Positions 46,844-51,664 of a stretch of DNA of 51,664 nucleotides are shown here, piece by piece. The notes beneath the pieces are model-generated. The model was given only the letters and a program-made list of their open reading frames with translations. It ran no database searches and was not told where the DNA came from. Both the position numbers and the translations under genes were made by a program. Origin of the DNA: Craspedostauros australis (taxonomy: Eukaryota); NCBI GenBank assembly GCA_030167865.1, contig JALAGF010000918.1:1-51664 (forward strand), given 5' to 3'. How positions within the stretch are numbered: the first letter of the stretch is position 1; every line of letters starts with the position of its first letter.

Positions 46844-47911
46844 TCATGATGCATTTGGCCTTTGGGGCATCCTCGATTTGATGTCGGCATTGCATGTCGT
46901 GCAACGCCCCTGCGGTTTGGTCTCAAAGATGCTCAAGCACTGATTGCAAACGTGCGCCATGTCCACAGACTTGCCCGTATCGAATGTCCTCGGTCTGAAA
47001 TCGACCTTGTTCAGCGCTGGCAGGTTCAACCCGCTCCGACTCGGTCTCGGCGCCAGGAAGACGCTGAGCAACACTTCGGACAAAGCCATGTTGGCCTGCG
47101 CCGCTCCACTCGGTGCCAGGAAGACGCCTCCTGTCAAATCGCAGACCTGTTCCAGGTACGGGCTTGACTTGCTGCCGCTTGAGCATGGAATGAAGCAGCC
47201 GTCCACAACGATTTGCAATTTGACGGACGCAAAGGAACAGTTCATCATCGCGTTGTAATCGCCCGCACGATCTTCCGATGCTTGGATCAGCAGCACGCGC
47301 GGTGACCAGGCCTGAGCGCTCTTCTTCGATTTCTTCTTGCCGCCAGCGCCGATGGATGCAATCACGCCATCATCCTCTGCATTTGCCCGCGTCCACGCCG
47401 ATTCGGATTGCAAGGCCGAAACTCCAGAGTTGGACGCAACCAGGAACCGGTTGATGAGGCATAGCGCGGTCGTGAAGCCTGCGGTCATGGCGCCGAAGGA
47501 TGCCGACGTGGGCGCATCTGGATTGCTGGCAACCGACGAAGCCTTCGACATGAGATTGGTGACGCCGAAAACGAGATCCTCCTGAATGCTGCTGGCATCC
47601 ATTTTGGTTTCCGGATTGGCAAAGTACTTCTCCAACCGATCCTTGCGTGGGTACACGACGGCTGCCTCCCCAGCGGCCACGGCGACTATCAGCAACGCAG
47701 AGTCGCGCTCCAGGCTGATGGAGGCGCTCGCGAAGGCCTGGACTGCCGCCAGCAGCTCTTCGAACGTGGCTGGACCCGTGCTACGTTTGCCGGCCGCTTG
47801 TCTCTTCTTGTCGCTCACGGATCTTTGCATGTCTCGTTCCCCCCATGTCACTGGCGAAACGTCCAGGACGATCACCGTCAAGGAGTTTTCATCAGACTTC
47901 TTCGGCGCCAT
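46844..47911 (-). CDS. TFB4: TFIIH subunit p34 / Tfb4
   Basis: vWA-like N-terminus SLTVIVLDVSPVTW, ALCLINR, YNAMMNCSFA, YLEQVCDLTGGVF, KVDFR, and C-terminal C4 finger VCNQCLSIF..CTTC. Confidence 0.9.
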   Translation of the reverse strand: MAPKKSDENSLTVIVLDVSPVTWGERDMQRSVSDKKRQAAGKRSTGPATFEELLAAVQAFASASISLERDSALLIVAVAAGEAAVVYPRKDRLEKYFANPETKMDASSIQEDLVFGVTNLMSKASSVASNPDAPTSASFGAMTAGFTTALCLINRFLVASNSGVSALQSESAWTRANAEDDGVIASIGAGGKKKSKKSAQAWSPRVLLIQASEDRAGDYNAMMNCSFASVKLQIVVDGCFIPCSSGSKSSPYLEQVCDLTGGVFLAPSGAAQANMALSEVLLSVFLAPRPSRSGLNLPALNKVDFRPRTFDTGKSVDMAHVCNQCLSIFETKPQGRCTTCNADIKSRMPQRPNAS

Positions 47912-48451
47912 TCGGATTCTCCCTTCGCTCCTGGTCGCTTGGGGGTTGTCGTTGTGATTGCTGTGGTGATTGTCTTTGAATGAGGACCCGCCGAAGTTGG
48001 AACTGTTGTGACGGAGCGGAGAACAGAGAGGGAAGTGGCGATCGGATGTGTGTGTTTGCTCCTTGTGTGTGTGGGATTGGGAATGGGTTGGGAATGGTTT
48101 CGGCGCGGAATTCCACGGACGACATCAATCCATCACACCGCTGGACGAACTAGACGTAGAGTACTCGTACTGGACTGGTAGACTACACAACTCACAAAAG
48201 CACGATGTGCCTGTCCACATCCACATTCACATCCACATTCAAAGCACCAACAACTATTACAAAGATATCGTCTTTCAGCCATATTAAGATAAACAGGAGT
48301 AATCTCCATATCCAATATTGTTCTGGGTTGTATTGTTGGTGCGAGTGCTGGTGTTGATGTTGGTGCGACGTAAGCAACGATTATTGGGAGTCGGCGTTTG
48401 CATGAAAGCAGGGGACGGCCTTATCTGCTTGCCTTTCTCGAGTATCATCCT

Positions 48452-50418
48452 TCATGAGCATTGCAAATGGTTGAGCAACCGATGCGCCGCCTGACGTCCG
48501 CTGAATATCGCACCATGGACGCTCCCCATGTGCTCGCCATCTGTGGCTTCACCGGCGAAAAGCAGACGGCCATCGTACTCATCCCGTTGCAACACGTCGA
48601 CATCCTGATCTTGGGTTCCCAAGCGGAATGAACTGTACGACCCGAGGCTGTACGGATCCTCTTCCCACCGTGTCACGTGGCAATCGACAAGCTGCTCTGT
48701 AACACTGACGCCGTCCACTTCCATCGTATTCTGCAGGAAGGACATCACCGCGTCGCAGATCATATCATCTGGTTTGTGCGTTGCCCATTCGCCCGCATCG
48801 CCGAATAACACTGCTTCGATGCACGGCACACCATGGCGGGCCCAAAGATTGTACAAGAGCAAATGTTCGCCGATCGGATTTCCATCAGGCTGCCATGACG
48901 TTGATGTTGCGGATGCTGGCTTTGCGTTGTCTGTAGTTGGTGCTGCCGTTACGCCCACCTTTCCAACCATCTTTCTCTTGCAGCCTTTGCTGTTGATCAA
49001 ACCAACAAAGAGCTGATGCCTCGGCCACCAAATGGTCTTGAATGTCAGTAGCACCTTTTTGTATGCTCCAGAACACAGCGAGAGCATTGCGTGTTGTTTC
49101 TCTACAGGCAGCGGTGGATCGAAGAACGCACGAGAAGCATCCGAGCATATCCTCTGCATGCAACCCAACGGCATCGTCGAAACGCAGTATTTGGCGCGGA
49201 CTGTCACTCCTTCGCTCGTCGTCAAGCGAAGATGGGAGAAGCGATCCTGGATGCTGGTGACGGAATGCTTCGTCTTGACCAGTCCGCGCGAAGGAAGCTG
49301 ACTCAGCAGACCTTTGATGATGGTTATCATCCCACCCTGGACGGAGCAATGTGGTCCAGGAAAGTCACCTTGCGGCGTGTAGATGCCGTCAACGGTGGAC
49401 GGATACGAGGACTTGGATGATGCTACTGCTGCTGCTGCTGATGATGACGATGATGATGGCAAGGATGAAGCTGATTGATCAACACCAGGAATCTCATTCG
49501 TCATGCTGCGGTCACTTACATTTCCTGCGTGTTCTGGATCCCCAGGGATGACACAACCATCAAGAAGTTGCAACGACGCCGGGCTCATTCCATTCCAACA
49601 TCCAATCAAGTACCTGTAGAATGCAGCCAATTCAGCAGATGCTCTCCCATCTACTCGGCCCTCACCGTCGCTACCATCGTCGCTACCATCGTCACTACCA
49701 TCGTCACCATCGCCGTCATCAACGCCAGTGCCAGTTGAGGTGGAGCCGTGATGACGCATTTGCTGGACAGCATCTTCAAAGCTTTGGTGCACCAGTTCTT
49801 GGCCCTTTCCCTTTTCGTACTGCCGTTGCACGTGCTTGGATAGGTCATTCAATATCGAATGATGCAGCTGGATACTTTTCTCAATGCTTTTGCTGCCTCT
49901 GACGGTGCTGCCAGCGGCGGTGGCGGCGGTGGTGTCATTGTCCAACCGAATCCCGTTCTGAAACACAGCGAGTTGATCTTCTGCTATCAGCGCGGTGTGT
50001 GGTCGTGTCCATGGGTTGCACTTCAGCAGCTCGTTCAGGACATGGCGACCACATGAAGGTTGGTTCTCGCCGCCCCCTTTGGCCTCATCAATCGCAGACG
50101 TGCTACGCGACATGTGCGCAGACCGCACGCCAGATGTTCCAGCATGGGATTGGCTTCGCCCTCTTCGTTATCGTCGATGCCATGGACCCATGCTGCCCCG
50201 TGGTCGATGGTAATATCCACCTCGTCGCAACCACCGCAGCCCTCACCATCGGTGCCATTCCCGCAGCGAGACTTCGTTTCGATCGTCGTGCGAATACGGC
50301 CGCCCACCCTGTCCCGTGCCTCCCAGATGAGCACTTTCAGGCTTGGGCTGTGCTTCAACAACTCGACTGCGCAGGACAAACCCGCCGCACCTGCCCCAAC
50401 AATCACACAATCCACCAT
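48452..50418 (-). CDS. Flavin-containing amine oxidase (polyamine oxidase / LSD1-like AOL domain), split over two reading frames
   Basis: 5' frame (ATG 50418, or 50565): DCVIVGAGAAGL..WEARDRVGGRIRT..DHGAAWVHG..NPM, stop at 50035. The -1 frame carries CVSTMPLG, FFDPPLP, GAYKKVLLTF..WW, VTRWEEDPYSLGSYS, LLFAGEATD..GSVHGAIFSGRQAA. A frameshift or small intron is needed between about 50167 and 50037. Confidence 0.8.
49667..49702 (-). repeat. Coding 12-nt tandem repeat x3 encoding (DGSD)3 in the amine oxidase
   Basis: gtcgctaccatc gtcgctaccatc gtcactaccatc read on the + strand. Confidence 0.8.
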
Positions 50419-51564
50419 CTCTGACTCGCTACTTGTCCTCGTACGTTGCCGTAGATCACATTCTCGATCTGAATCAAATTGTCGATTTTGCTGTGTCTGC
50501 TCCTGATCCGGCGTTCGGCGACACACGGGTTGGAGTCCATTCGATGACGGAGGCTGCGCCATCATCTCTCGTTGCTGTTACTGATGCTGCCCCCTGTATG
50601 TACACCTGTACACGTGACAGGATTGGTCGGTACGTATGATCGTGTTCGTTCTACGAACCAAACGATGGAAAGTAGCTCGTATAATGGATCCAACGATTCG
50701 CCGCTGCAAGTGACGATTGGATGGCTGGGCCAAGCCAAGCACCTCTCCATCGACATGTGCTACACTTTGCGTTGTGCTGTACTGTGTTGCACTCATCCCG
50801 CTTCACTCCTCTCCTCTCCATGCGAGGGATCGCACACCCTGCGATGGTCCACCCTTGCCTTCGTCTCCATGTGCTCCATGCGACATCATCAACCAGTGGC
50901 TCTCGACCAACGCAACAACAAACCAAACCAAGAGGAACCAAAGATACCTTCTGTGCCAAACGTGACCAACGACATCGTGAACGAACATGAAGAGACCAAA
51001 CAAGACAGTCCCGCAAACACGATTTTGAGTCGTCAAATGCGTCTATACGGCGTACGGTATCAATCAGACCTCATCAACGAAGCAAGAATCTACTTCACCC
51101 ACAACGGGCCACGTTCGGGATGAGTGCATTGCGAAGAAGCCATCCCGTTTATCCGCTTCTGGATCCTATCAGTGGGGGCAAGTAGCTAGGCCAGGCATAC
51201 TATAGCACAAAGACCTTGCGTTGCTATTGGACGCACGGTGACTGTTCTACTCTGGTTGTGCGAGTACATGTTTCTGGGTACTCGTGCTCTGGCCACCTTT
51301 CAACTACTCATCCATCGTTTCTTCTCACTCGTCCGCTCCCGATGATTTCGCAGCTTTCGCGAACTACGCAGGTACAACAATGACGCATGGTTACATCTGA
51401 GAACTTGTGGGATACATCTTGGATGAAAGCCGGGGAGTTGCATTGGGTCCCGGACTCGACCAGTTATCAGGTCGATACCGCAGTCGCCGAGGGGACGTCT
51501 CCGTGCTACGCGAGTGCGCTTTGGTGTATTGCTGCCCATTGCGTTGTCCGCATATTGGTACGAA

Positions 51565-51664
51565 CTAAGGAGGCGAGTTCTGTGACGGCGCCGGTTTGGA
51601 AAGGTTTGATTCGGATTTGAGCAATGCTGATGAAACCGCCGCAGTCGACGTTGTTGCGACGGAA
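51565..51664 (-). CDS. Possible 3' end of a gene running out of the window
   Basis: Minus frame SVATTSTAAVSSALLKSESNLSKPAPSQNSPP* is open to the window edge and is followed by UTR-like sequence. Compositional evidence only. Confidence 0.25.
   Translation of the reverse strand, partial: SVATTSTAAVSSALLKSESNLSKPAPSQNSPP

Noticed and set aside
50572..51123. 183-aa plus-strand ORF
   Set aside because: Non-ATG start, no recognisable domain, and lies in the promoter region of the amine oxidase.

Overview
Gene-dense eukaryotic nuclear DNA, most likely from a diatom or related photosynthetic stramenopile. The evidence is GT-AG introns of about 180-530 nt, bipartite signal+transit peptides with ASAF-like cleavage motifs, GC3-rich codons and microsatellite-rich intergenic DNA. 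About 16 protein-coding genes can be supported: a plastid-targeted ClpD/ClpA-like Hsp100 ATPase, an SRPK kinase, centractin (Arp1), a probable HROB/MCM8IP OB-fold protein, a plastid alpha/beta hydrolase, a small orphan membrane ORF, mitoribosomal bS18, golgin CASP, a stand-alone STAND-like AAA ATPase/helical-repeat protein, a probably plastid-targeted ABCC transporter, a prolyl 4-hydroxylase with a VHL-beta-like N-domain, RAD51, an F-box protein, a Cys-less pentameric ligand-gated ion channel, TFIIH p34/Tfb4, and a flavin amine oxidase split across two frames. I recognised no rRNA, tRNA, CRISPR array or transposon. The best leads are the pLGIC lacking a signal peptide, the frame-split amine oxidase, the VHL-like/P4H fusion, the atypical Clp ATPase, the solo STAND ATPase and the HROB-like protein. 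All family assignments come from reading motifs by eye, not from database searches.
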